Assembly: GCA_018241905.1 (NCBI GenBank)
Contig: JAFECZ010000001.1
Coordinates: 1-41,003 of the forward strand
Reading direction: 5' to 3'
DNA from: Pseudomonadota bacterium
Lineage (GTDB): Bacteria; Pseudomonadota; Gammaproteobacteria; Burkholderiales; Burkholderiaceae_C
Length of the DNA: 41,003 bases
Shown here: positions 8,904-17,306 of the stretch, piece by piece
Layout: each line of letters opens with the position of its first letter
How positions within the stretch are numbered: the stretch's first letter is position 1
The notes under the pieces: model-generated
The model's input: the letters and a program-made list of their open reading frames with translations, nothing else
The model's database searches: none
What the model was told of the DNA's origin: nothing
Position numbers and translations under genes: made by a program

Positions 8904-10976
8904 TCAGCTGGTGAGGCGGCGCGTGTCGTTGCGGCGCGCACGGCGGCGCAGCATGGCCAGCATCGACAGCACGACGGCAATGGCGCCCAGCGTTTCGGGC
9001 TCGGGCGTGCCGGGCACTTCGGCGCCGCTGCCAGCTGCGCCCTGGCCCAGCGCAAGTTCGCTCACGCCCTTGGGCAGGGGTAGCGGCTGGTCGACGCGCG
9101 TGCTGCCATCGGGCGCGGTGTTGCGCACCACCTGGTCCACCGCGATGAAGCTGGTGTACTGGGTGAGCAGGCCGTAGCGCAGGCCCAGCGAGGTGATCTG
9201 TTCGCGCAGCTCGCTGCCGCCTTGCAGCGACTCCTGGTCCTGCAGGGCTGCGATGCGGTGGCGTGCCCACAGGCTGCGCAGCGCAACGGCGTCGGGCTGC
9301 AGCGTCGATGCGTCCACCGCAAACTGCTGGCGCCATGGGCCCTCGGCGCTCTGGCCTTCCAGCACCAGGCGGCCCTTGGGCTGGCCGCGCCACTTGCCGA
9401 AGACGATCACGGGGCGCTCGCCGAGCACGTCGGGCAGGGCCTGCGGTTCGATGTCGTACGCATCCAGGCCTTCGAAGCGGGCGCGCAGGTGTGTGAGCAC
9501 GGGCGACTCGATCATTCGGCGAAAGCGCACGGCCTCGCGCGGTGCCTGCATCGGATCGGTGATGACAAAAGGCTCGCCCATGCCCGCGCGCGCCAGCCCT
9601 TCGATGAGATGCCGGTTCACCGAGCTGCCGATGCCGAAGGCGAACAGGTTGGCCTTGGAGAGGTTCCCGCGCACCAGCTCGAAGGCCTCGCGCTCCACGG
9701 TGACGTAGCCGTCGGTGACCACCACCACGGTGCGCGACACCTTGTCGGCCTTGGGCTCGTCGTACGCGCGCCGCAGCGCCGGGACGAGCTCGGTGCTGCC
9801 GCCGCCCGCGTAGCTGCGGATGGTCTCCAGCGCCTGCTCGATGTTGGCGCGGCTGGCCGGCACCGGGTGCGGCGAGAGCATCTTGTTGCTGCCCGAGAAG
9901 AGCAGCACGTTGAAGGTGTCGCTGGGGCGCAGGCCGCTGAGCAGGCGCTCGAGCATGGCCTTGGCCGTATCCAGCGGAAAGCCGTGCATGGAACCCGAGA
10001 TGTCGACCACGAAGATGTAGTCGCGCGGCGAAATGGATTCGGCCGGCACCGAGCGCGGCGGCTGCACCATGGCCAGGAAGAAGTTTTCTGCGCCGGGGCC
10101 CTGGCCGGGGTAGAGCATCAGGCCCGACTGGATCTGCTCGCCCGACAGGCGATAGTCCAGCACGAAGTCGCGGTTGTCGGCGCTCTCGCCGGCGGTGTTG
10201 AGCACCACGCTTGCACGGCGGTCCTCGTCGCTGCGCTTCACGTCGACGGCATGGGTGAGCGAGCGCAGCTCGCCGATGGCCACCGGTGCATCGATGGCCA
10301 GTTTCATCGAGAACGCGTTGCCGGACGGCTCGTTCGCTCGCAGCGTGGGCTGCGCCACCCATTGCGCCTGCGCAAGCTCGGAGCGCGGGCTGTTGTAGCG
10401 CGGCCCCACCACGGTGGGAAAGACGAACTGGTAGCTGCCGGCCTGCGGCGCCAGCAGCTCGTTGTAGCGCAGCTCCACCTGCACCTCGTCGCCGGGCAGG
10501 ATGTTGGCCACCTTCATCTGGAACACGTTGGGCAGGTGCTGCTCCAGCAGGGCGGCGGTCTTGCCTTGCTGCCTGGCGCTTTCGTACTCCTGGCGCGCCT
10601 GCTGCTTCTCGCGGATCCGCGCCTCGACCACGCGGCCGGCCAGGCGCACCGTCAGGCCGTTTACCGCCGCGCGGGTAGAGCCCGGAAAGACATAGCTGGC
10701 CTCGATGGCGCGCGTGCCTTCGTTGCGGTAGGTCTGCGTGACGCGCACGTCGGCAATGACGCCGGCGATCTTCACGTCCACGGCCGTGGCCTTGAGCGGC
10801 AGCCGGTCCAGCGCCGGGTCGTCGCTCTTGACGAAGAAGTAGGGGCTCTCGGTCTTCTCGCGGGGCTGGCGCTGCTCCTGCGCCTGCGCGGGGCTGGCCA
10901 GCATCAGCAGGAAGCACAGGGCGGCCAGCACCAGGGTGCCCAGCCAGAGCCGGCGTGCGCGGCGTCGATGTTCCAT
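8904..10976 (-). CDS. Secreted VIT + von Willebrand A domain protein with PEP-CTERM-like sorting signal
   Basis: Signal peptide ending SPAQA; VIT domain (VTQTYRN..IEASYVFP..NVFQMKVANILPG); MIDAS motif VVDISGSM / GGSTE / VTDG; C-terminus GTPEPET + TM (LGAIAVVLSMLAML) + RRRARR. GAGGA SD before ATG 10976. Confidence 0.9.
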   Translation of the reverse strand: MEHRRRARRLWLGTLVLAALCFLLMLASPAQAQEQRQPREKTESPYFFVKSDDPALDRLPLKATAVDVKIAGVIADVRVTQTYRNEGTRAIEASYVFPGSTRAAVNGLTVRLAGRVVEARIREKQQARQEYESARQQGKTAALLEQHLPNVFQMKVANILPGDEVQVELRYNELLAPQAGSYQFVFPTVVGPRYNSPRSELAQAQWVAQPTLRANEPSGNAFSMKLAIDAPVAIGELRSLTHAVDVKRSDEDRRASVVLNTAGESADNRDFVLDYRLSGEQIQSGLMLYPGQGPGAENFFLAMVQPPRSVPAESISPRDYIFVVDISGSMHGFPLDTAKAMLERLLSGLRPSDTFNVLLFSGSNKMLSPHPVPASRANIEQALETIRSYAGGGSTELVPALRRAYDEPKADKVSRTVVVVTDGYVTVEREAFELVRGNLSKANLFAFGIGSSVNRHLIEGLARAGMGEPFVITDPMQAPREAVRFRRMIESPVLTHLRARFEGLDAYDIEPQALPDVLGERPVIVFGKWRGQPKGRLVLEGQSAEGPWRQQFAVDASTLQPDAVALRSLWARHRIAALQDQESLQGGSELREQITSLGLRYGLLTQYTSFIAVDQVVRNTAPDGSTRVDQPLPLPKGVSELALGQGAAGSGAEVPGTPEPETLGAIAVVLSMLAMLRRRARRNDTRRLTS

Positions 10977-11092
10977 GTCGTTCGTCCTCTTGTTCTCGTG
11001 GAGATGGAAGCCGCACGGCTTGCGCGGCAACGCCACTGTGGGACGCGGATTCGAAGCGAGTGGGAAGGCTTCTTGAAACGACTTATCCTTGT

Positions 11093-11108
11093 GTGAAGTC
11101 TGTGTGAA
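11093..11108 (-). promoter_or_regulatory. cre-tag (CreB/BlrA binding site) upstream of the VIT-vWA operon
   Basis: Minus strand TTCAC-ACAGAC-TTCAC, an exact TTCAC-N6-TTCAC, inside a perfect 11-bp tandem repeat TGTGTGAAGTC x2 (11090-11111). creBC nearby. Confidence 0.75.
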
Positions 11109-11227
11109 GTCCGCCCGAACCGGACTTCATATCCGCTTCGGGCGGCGCAGCGAGCATCGGCGGCTACATATCGTCATCGGCGAGGAGCCAGGCTGTGCCC
11201 GGACAAAAACCGAAACCCAGAGAATCC

Positions 11228-13639
11228 GTGAACCTCAAAGACAACAAGAAGGCCCTGCTGAAATGGGCTGCCCTCGGGCTGGGCGGCCTGGTGCTGGCCG
11301 GCGTGCTGCTGGTGGGCGTGGTGGTGGCGCTCTTGCTGCCCGGCCTGCCCGACGTGAAGGCGCTGGCCGACTACCAGCCCAAGCTGCCGCTGCGCGTGCT
11401 CACCACCGACGGCGTGGTGATCGGCGAATTCGGCGAAGAGCGGCGGCAGATGGTGCCGCTGGCGCAGATTCCCAAGGTGATGAAGGACGCGGTGATCGCG
11501 GTGGAAGACGCGCGCTTCTACGAGCACGGGGGCATCGACACCCTGGGCATCCTGCGCGCGGCGCTGTCCAACATGGTGCACGGCATGCGCCAGGGCGCAT
11601 CCACCATCACGCAGCAGGTGGCGCGCAATGTGTACCTGTCTTCCGAGCGCACCGTCAGCCGCAAGCTCAAGGAGGCGCTGATTGCGCTGCGCCTGGAAGA
11701 CGAACTTTCCAAGGACCAGATCCTGGAGATCTATCTCAACCAGATCTACCTGGGCCAGCGCGCCTACGGTTTTGCCGCGGCGTCCGAAGCGTATTTCGGC
11801 AAACCCTTGAAGGACATCACGCTGGCCGAGGCAGCGATGCTGGCGGGCCTGCCCAAGGCCCCGGGCGCAAACAACCCGGTGGCCAATCCGCGCCGTGCCC
11901 GCGCGCGCCAGCTGTACGTGCTGGACCGCATGCAGGCGCAGGGTTTCGTCTCCGCCGACCAGGTGGCCAAGGCCAAGAACGAGGAGCTGCAGCTGCGGGG
12001 CGTCTACAACCCCGAGCGCCTGCATGCCGAATACGTGGCCGAGATGGTGCGCCAGCAGATGGTGGCGCAGTACGGCGACAGCGCCTACGTGCGCGGCCTC
12101 ACGGTGACCACCACCTTGCTCTCCAACGACCAGGCGGCGGCCTACCAGTCGCTGCGCCGGGGCATCCTGGACTACGAGCGGCGCCAGCCCTGGCGCGGCC
12201 CCGAGGCCAACGTGAAGCTGCCGCAGGACGGTGGCGATGCGCTGGACGATGCCATCGACGACGCGCTGGCCGCGCACCCCGACGACGGCGAAGTGCTGGC
12301 GGCCGTGGTGCTCGAGGCGTCGCCCAAGCAGCTGGTGGCCGTGGGCCGCGACGGCGACGAGATGAAGATCACCGGCGACGGCCTGCGCCTGATCCAGATG
12401 GGCTTGTCCACGCGCACCGATGCGCGCCAGCGCGTGGCGCGCGGCTCGGTGCTGCGCGTTACCAAGAACGCCAAGGGTGCGTGGGAGGTGGTGCAGCTGC
12501 CCGAGGTGGAAGGCGCCTTCGTCGGCATGGACCCACGCGACGGCTCCATCCGCGCGCTGGTGGGCGGCTTCGACTTCGGCCAGAACCAGTTCAACCACGT
12601 CACGCAGGCATGGCGCCAGCCGGGCTCGAGCTTCAAGCCCTTCATCTACTCGGCGGCGCTGGAAAAGGGCTTTGCGCCCGCCACGCTGGTGAACGACGGG
12701 CCGCTGTTCTTCGACCGCGGCACCACCGGCGGACAGCCCTGGGAGCCGAAGAATTCCGACGGCAACTTCGACGGGCCCATGACGGTGCGCACCGCGCTGC
12801 AGAAGTCCAAGAACATGGTGACCATCCGCGTGCTGCAGTCCATCGGCACCACCTATGCGCAGGAATGGTCGGGCCATTTCGGCCTGGACCCCGAAAAGCA
12901 GCCGCCCTACCTGCCGATGGCGCTGGGCGCGGGCTCGGTCACGCCGCTGCAAATGGCGGTGGGCTATGGCGTATTTGCCAACGGTGGCTACCTGGTCAAG
13001 CCCAACCTGGTGAGCAAGGTCGTGGAGCGCGGCGACAAGGTGCTGTTCGAGTCGCAGCCCCCGGTGCTGGACGAAAGCACGCGCGCCATCCCGGAGCGCA
13101 ATGCCTTCATCATGCGCACCCTGCTGCAAAGCGTGATCAAGAACGGCACCGGCGCGCGCGCCTACCAGGCCCTGCGGCGCGAAGACATCTACGGCAAGAC
13201 CGGCACCACCAACGACTCGTTCGACACCTGGTTCGCGGGCTTCCAGCCCACGCGCGTGGGCATCGTCTGGATCGGCTACGACACGCCGCGCCAGCTTGGC
13301 GTGCGCGGCGAAACGGGCGGCAGCCTGAGCCTGCCCGTCTGGACTGCGTACATGCAGCGCGTGCTCAAGGGCGTTCCGGTGGAGAAGTCCACCGTGCCGC
13401 CGGGCGTGGTGCTCGCAGACGGCGACTGGTACTACGACGACTACCCGCCGGGCCGCGCGGTGCCCAGCCTGGACGTGGATACCGGCTCGATGCCTGGTGC
13501 GGGCGGCGTGCCGGCCGGCACGGTGCCGGGCTTTGGCAGCAACCCGCCGGCCGAGGCCATGGGCGGCGCGGCGCCAGCGCCCCAGCAGCACGGGCAGACG
13601 CAGGACCGGAACTGGATACTGGATCTGTTCAGGCGCTGA
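11228..13639 (+). CDS. mrcA: Class A penicillin-binding protein 1A (bifunctional transglycosylase/transpeptidase)
   Basis: Intact GT51 motifs EDARFYEHGG, GASTITQQVAR, RKLKE, KDQILEIYLN; TP motifs SSFK, SKN, KTG. Start could be GTG 11228 or 11195. Confidence 0.93.
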   Translation: MNLKDNKKALLKWAALGLGGLVLAGVLLVGVVVALLLPGLPDVKALADYQPKLPLRVLTTDGVVIGEFGEERRQMVPLAQIPKVMKDAVIAVEDARFYEHGGIDTLGILRAALSNMVHGMRQGASTITQQVARNVYLSSERTVSRKLKEALIALRLEDELSKDQILEIYLNQIYLGQRAYGFAAASEAYFGKPLKDITLAEAAMLAGLPKAPGANNPVANPRRARARQLYVLDRMQAQGFVSADQVAKAKNEELQLRGVYNPERLHAEYVAEMVRQQMVAQYGDSAYVRGLTVTTTLLSNDQAAAYQSLRRGILDYERRQPWRGPEANVKLPQDGGDALDDAIDDALAAHPDDGEVLAAVVLEASPKQLVAVGRDGDEMKITGDGLRLIQMGLSTRTDARQRVARGSVLRVTKNAKGAWEVVQLPEVEGAFVGMDPRDGSIRALVGGFDFGQNQFNHVTQAWRQPGSSFKPFIYSAALEKGFAPATLVNDGPLFFDRGTTGGQPWEPKNSDGNFDGPMTVRTALQKSKNMVTIRVLQSIGTTYAQEWSGHFGLDPEKQPPYLPMALGAGSVTPLQMAVGYGVFANGGYLVKPNLVSKVVERGDKVLFESQPPVLDESTRAIPERNAFIMRTLLQSVIKNGTGARAYQALRREDIYGKTGTTNDSFDTWFAGFQPTRVGIVWIGYDTPRQLGVRGETGGSLSLPVWTAYMQRVLKGVPVEKSTVPPGVVLADGDWYYDDYPPGRAVPSLDVDTGSMPGAGGVPAGTVPGFGSNPPAEAMGGAAPAPQQHGQTQDRNWILDLFRR

Positions 13640-13790
13640 GCGCGTTTCGTTGCGAGCCGCTGACGAATGGCGGCCTGCCTCCCGCCGTTCTTGGAACCTT
13701 GGTTTTCAGAGGGCGGCCGAGCGCTCGCGTTCATCGGGCCCTGCAATGCGCGCACGGCGATACTCGTCTCCTGAAAGGAAAAGAGGACCG

Positions 13791-14195
13791 ATGAGGAAGA
13801 AGTCGCTGATCCCGCTGCTTGCGCTCGCCGTAAGCCTTGGCGTGCATGCGGGCTGGAACGTCGTGGCGCCGCTGGAGGCCAACGACGGCAAGTGGGCGCT
13901 GTACATGGACGACGCCGACGTGCAGAAGGACGGCCAGCGCGTTCGCGTCTCGACGCTGTACGACCTGCCGCCGACCGCGCGCCTGAACGTCAAGGACAGG
14001 GAGGTCCACTCCATCCGCGACCGCATCGAGCTGGACTGCGGCAAGGCCACCTACACCTCGGTGGGTTCCACCTACATCGACGGCCCGATGGGCAAGGGCG
14101 ACGTGGTGCTGGCGCTCGGCCCCACGGCAGAGGAAGAGATCGACACCAACGGGGCGCTGGCCGCCATCGCCAAGAAGGCTTGCTCGGCGCGCTGA
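13791..14195 (+). CDS. Small secreted protein, surface-adhesin-E-like fold suspected
   Basis: GAGGA SD, start MRKKSLIPLLALAVSLGVHA (signal peptide); YMD...ELDC...KKAC two-Cys pattern. Confidence 0.6.
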   Translation: MRKKSLIPLLALAVSLGVHAGWNVVAPLEANDGKWALYMDDADVQKDGQRVRVSTLYDLPPTARLNVKDREVHSIRDRIELDCGKATYTSVGSTYIDGPMGKGDVVLALGPTAEEEIDTNGALAAIAKKACSAR

Positions 14196-14229
14196 GCGCG
14201 GGCCGGCATGTCCCGCCCCGGTCCCGGAT

Positions 14230-15726
14230 TCAGTACGACGCGAGCGGCAGGCTCAGCGTTGCGATGGCCCCGCCGCGCGGCGCGTTGTCCAGCTCGATGC
14301 GCCCGCGGTGCAGCCCGGCAATCTCCTTCACGAAGGCCAGGCCCAGGCCCGTGCTCTTCTTCTGGCTGTGCGGCCTTGCCAGCGAATAGAACTTCTCGAA
14401 GACCTGCTCGCGCGCATAGTCCGGAATGCCCTGGCCGTGGTCGCGCACGGTGATGCGTGCCTCGCGCGAGCCCACGTGCAGGGCCAGCGCCACCTCGGCG
14501 CCCGGCGGCGAGAAGTCGATGGCGTTGTCCAGCAGGTTGCTCACGGCGCGGCGCAGCAGGAAGGGGTCGCCTTCCACCTTGGCGTTGCTGTCGATGGCCA
14601 CGTGCAGGCGGATCTGCCTTGCGGCGGCCGCGTTCTCGGCGCTGGCGGCCACCTCGTGCAGCAGGGGCGCCAGCGACACGGTTTCGCTGCGCTCCAGCGC
14701 GCGCTGGGTTTCCAGCGCGGTGAGCTCCATCATGCGGTCGACGATCTCCTGGATGCGCTGCGTCTCGCCGGCGATGTTGGCCAGGAAGTGATCGCGCTCG
14801 GCCTGCGGCATCGATGGCTCCTGCAGCAGTTCGGCCGCGCCGCGGATGGCCGACAGCGGGCTCTTGATCTCGTGCGTGAAGGTCTGCACGTAGTCGGCCA
14901 CGTAGCTGCGGCCGGTAAGGGCGTCGCGCATTTCGCGCAGGCCGCCGCGCAGCGTGTCGACGGCGCGGCGCAGCATGCGGGGCAGGCTCAGGGTGCGCTG
15001 CTGGCGCAGCCATCGCAGGTAGTCCGAGATCAAGCCGAAGGGCCGCACCAGCCACACCGAGACGATGAGGGTGAGCAGCAGCAGCGCCAGCGCCGAGCCC
15101 ACGCCCACCCACAGCGTGCGCGCCCGTGCGTCCTGCACGAACTGGCCGAAGCTCTGAACCGGCTTGCCCACGCTCACCACGCCCACGATCTCGCTGCCCC
15201 AGCGGATGGGCGCGGCGGCATACATCACCGACGTGAGCGGGTCGCCCGGCAGGTCGCGCGTGGTGCGCGCGCCGTACTGGCCGGCGAGGGCGCGGCTCAC
15301 GTCGCTCCAGCGCGAGTAGTCGGCGTTGAGGTCGCGCCCGGTGGAGTCGAAGATGACGCGGCCGTGCTCGTCGGTGACGACCATGCGCAGCTCCACCCGC
15401 GTCTTGTGCAGGTTGTAGATCTGCGCCGAGAACTCGCGCGCGTACGCCGAGCGAAACAGCGGCTCCAACCGCTGCGTGTTGATGGCGCCGGCGATCACGT
15501 CCTGCTCCACCATGCTGGCCATGAGTTGCGATATTTCCACCAGCGATTCTTCGGCCGACTCGCGGTAGCGGGGATCGATGTCGGCCACCACCCGGTACAG
15601 CAGGAAGGCAATGCCGGCGAAGTAGATCAGCAGCACGCCGATGAAGATGCGCGTGCGCCGCGAGATGGCGCCCTGGCTGGTGGCCTGCTGGCGCTGGCGC
15701 CGCGTGGCGGCGGGCGAGGGCTTCAT
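14230..15726 (-). CDS. creC: Two-component sensor histidine kinase CreC
   Basis: Two TMs; CreC-typical periplasmic motifs (DYSRWSDV..ALAGQYGARTT, SVMYAAAPI); H-box FTHEIKSPL; N-box NLLDNAIDFSP; KKSTGLGL. ATGA overlap with creB. Confidence 0.88.
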   Translation of the reverse strand: MKPSPAATRRQRQQATSQGAISRRTRIFIGVLLIYFAGIAFLLYRVVADIDPRYRESAEESLVEISQLMASMVEQDVIAGAINTQRLEPLFRSAYAREFSAQIYNLHKTRVELRMVVTDEHGRVIFDSTGRDLNADYSRWSDVSRALAGQYGARTTRDLPGDPLTSVMYAAAPIRWGSEIVGVVSVGKPVQSFGQFVQDARARTLWVGVGSALALLLLTLIVSVWLVRPFGLISDYLRWLRQQRTLSLPRMLRRAVDTLRGGLREMRDALTGRSYVADYVQTFTHEIKSPLSAIRGAAELLQEPSMPQAERDHFLANIAGETQRIQEIVDRMMELTALETQRALERSETVSLAPLLHEVAASAENAAAARQIRLHVAIDSNAKVEGDPFLLRRAVSNLLDNAIDFSPPGAEVALALHVGSREARITVRDHGQGIPDYAREQVFEKFYSLARPHSQKKSTGLGLAFVKEIAGLHRGRIELDNAPRGGAIATLSLPLASY

Positions 15727-16484
15727 CGTGCTTGGGGCGGCAGGTCTTCGTTGAGGGCGTAGCCGGTACCGCGCAGGGTCCGGATGGGTTCGACCTGCGG
15801 CGCGACTTCGCGCAGCTTGGCGCGCAGTGTCTTGATGTGCGCGTCCACCGTGCGGTCGAAGCTGTCGCTGGCATCGTCCCACACCAGCTGCAGCAATTCT
15901 TCGCGGGTGAAGACGCGGCCGGGCCGTTGGATCATCAGGCGCAGCAGGCCGTACTCGTAGCGCGAGAGTTCGAGCAGGCGGCCGTAGTAGCGGATCTGCA
16001 TGCGCTCGTTGTCGAGGGCGAAGGGCTGGCTGGGTGCCGGGGCCGCAGGCAATGGGGCGACGGCAGCCGGCCCGGGCGCGGCGCTCGCCGGTGCGCCGCT
16101 GCGCCGAAGGATGGTGCGCACCCGCGCCACCAGCTCGCGCGGCGAGAAGGGCTTGGCGATGTAGTCGTCCGCGCCCAGTTCCAGGCCCACCACGCGGTCG
16201 ATCTCGTCGTTGCGCGCGGTAAGAAACAGCATGGGCACGTCGGGTCCGCCGCCGGCGCGGCCCATGGCCTGCAGCCGCTTGAACAGCTCGAAGCCGTTCA
16301 TGTCGGGCAGGCCGATGTCCAGGATGACGATGGCAGGCGGCTGCGCCGCAAACTCGGCCAGCGCCGCCTGTGCGGTGGCGCACCACACGGGCACGAAGCC
16401 GTCGCTCTTGAGAACGTACTGCAGGGTGTCCGCAATGCCGGATTCGTCTTCGGCGATCAGGACGCGTTGCTGCGGGAAGGACAT
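15723..16484 (-). CDS. creB: Two-component response regulator CreB (OmpR family)
   Basis: IAEDESGIADTLQYVL, LDIGLPD, GADDYIAKPFSPRE, DRTVDAHIKTLRAKL; upstream of creC. Confidence 0.88.
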   Translation of the reverse strand: MSFPQQRVLIAEDESGIADTLQYVLKSDGFVPVWCATAQAALAEFAAQPPAIVILDIGLPDMNGFELFKRLQAMGRAGGGPDVPMLFLTARNDEIDRVVGLELGADDYIAKPFSPRELVARVRTILRRSGAPASAAPGPAAVAPLPAAPAPSQPFALDNERMQIRYYGRLLELSRYEYGLLRLMIQRPGRVFTREELLQLVWDDASDSFDRTVDAHIKTLRAKLREVAPQVEPIRTLRGTGYALNEDLPPQAR

Positions 16485-16525
16485 GGGCGCCATGGTAGCG
16501 GGCGCCTCGCGGCCGTGTTCGGCGC

Positions 16526-16981
16526 TCAAGCCGCAACGCGCGCCAGGTCGTCCAGGATCGGGCAGTCGGGCCGCTGGTCGCCCTGGCAGCAGTGCACCAG
16601 GTGGGCCAGCGTGCGCTGCATGCCCTGCATGGCGGCGATGCGCCGCTCCAGCTCTTCCAGGTGGCTTTGCGCAATGCGCTTGACGCTGGCGCTGGTGCGG
16701 CGGCGGTTGTGCCAGAGGTCGACCAGTGCGGCCACCTGCTCCATCGAGAAGCCCATCTCGCGCGAGCGCTTGATGAAGCGCAGGGTGTGTACGTCGGCCG
16801 GGGTGTACTGGCGATAGCCGCTGTCGGTGCGGTGGACTTCGCCCAGCAGCCCCAGCCCTTCGTAGTGGCGCACCATGCGGGCCGAAATGCCCGACAGGCG
16901 CGCTGCCTCGCCGATGTTGACCGGCATGGCGTTGTCGTCGTCCGGCGCGGGGTGGACGGCCGGTGCGTGCGCCGCGCTCAT
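16526..16981 (-). CDS. cueR: Cu(I)-responsive MerR-family regulator CueR
   Basis: NIGEAARLSG..MVRHYE HTH; C-terminal CCQGDQRPDCPILDDL metal loop. Confidence 0.92.
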   Translation of the reverse strand: MSAAHAPAVHPAPDDDNAMPVNIGEAARLSGISARMVRHYEGLGLLGEVHRTDSGYRQYTPADVHTLRFIKRSREMGFSMEQVAALVDLWHNRRRTSASVKRIAQSHLEELERRIAAMQGMQRTLAHLVHCCQGDQRPDCPILDDLARVAA

Positions 16982-17175
16982 TGCACCTTGTAGCCGGCTT
17001 CGGCAATGGCCGCGGCGACGGCTTCGCGCGGCTGGGCGCTTTCCACCTGCACCTGGCCCTGCGCGAGCTCGACCTTCACTTGCGCAGCCGGGTCGACGCC
17101 TTGCACCGCCTCTTCGACGGCGCGCACGCAGTGGCCGCAGCTCATGCCGGCGACCTGGAATTGATATTGGCTCAT
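16978..17175 (-). CDS. copZ: Copper chaperone CopZ (HMA domain)
   Basis: GMSCGHC motif, 65 aa, AAGGAG SD before ATG 17175. Confidence 0.9.
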   Translation of the reverse strand: MSQYQFQVAGMSCGHCVRAVEEAVQGVDPAAQVKVELAQGQVQVESAQPREAVAAAIAEAGYKVQ

Positions 17176-17211
17176 GTCATCTGCTCCTTGGATTAATTGA
17201 ATATGGCGGCA

Positions 17212-17242
17212 AGTTTCATCCATGACATCATGTCAAGGTCAA
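17212..17242 (-). promoter_or_regulatory. CueR-type promoter for copZ-cueR (19-bp spacer)
   Basis: TTGACC-[ttgacatgatgtcatggat]-GAAACT with dyad ACCTTGA-CATGATG-TCATGGA. Confidence 0.75.
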
Positions 17243-17267
17243 GCATCATCTTAGATGAAAATAGATG

Positions 17268-17298
17268 TTGACTCTCACATGATGTGAAGGTCTAGCCT
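17268..17298 (+). promoter_or_regulatory. CueR-type promoter for copA (19-bp spacer)
   Basis: TTGACT-[ctcacatgatgtgaaggtc]-TAGCCT with dyad ACTCTCA-CATGATG-TGAAGGT, resembling ACCTTCC-N7-GGAAGGT. Confidence 0.8.
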
Positions 17299-17306
17299 TC
17301 ATCTCC

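Noticed and set aside
7372-11016. 1214-aa ORF spanning the VIT, exosortase and EpsI-like genes (possible fusion or frameshift product)
   Set aside because: The first ~1020 aa are Arg/Ala/Pro-rich off-frame translation typical of high-GC DNA. Only the last 194 aa have their own SD/ATG and look like a protein. No slippery site seen.
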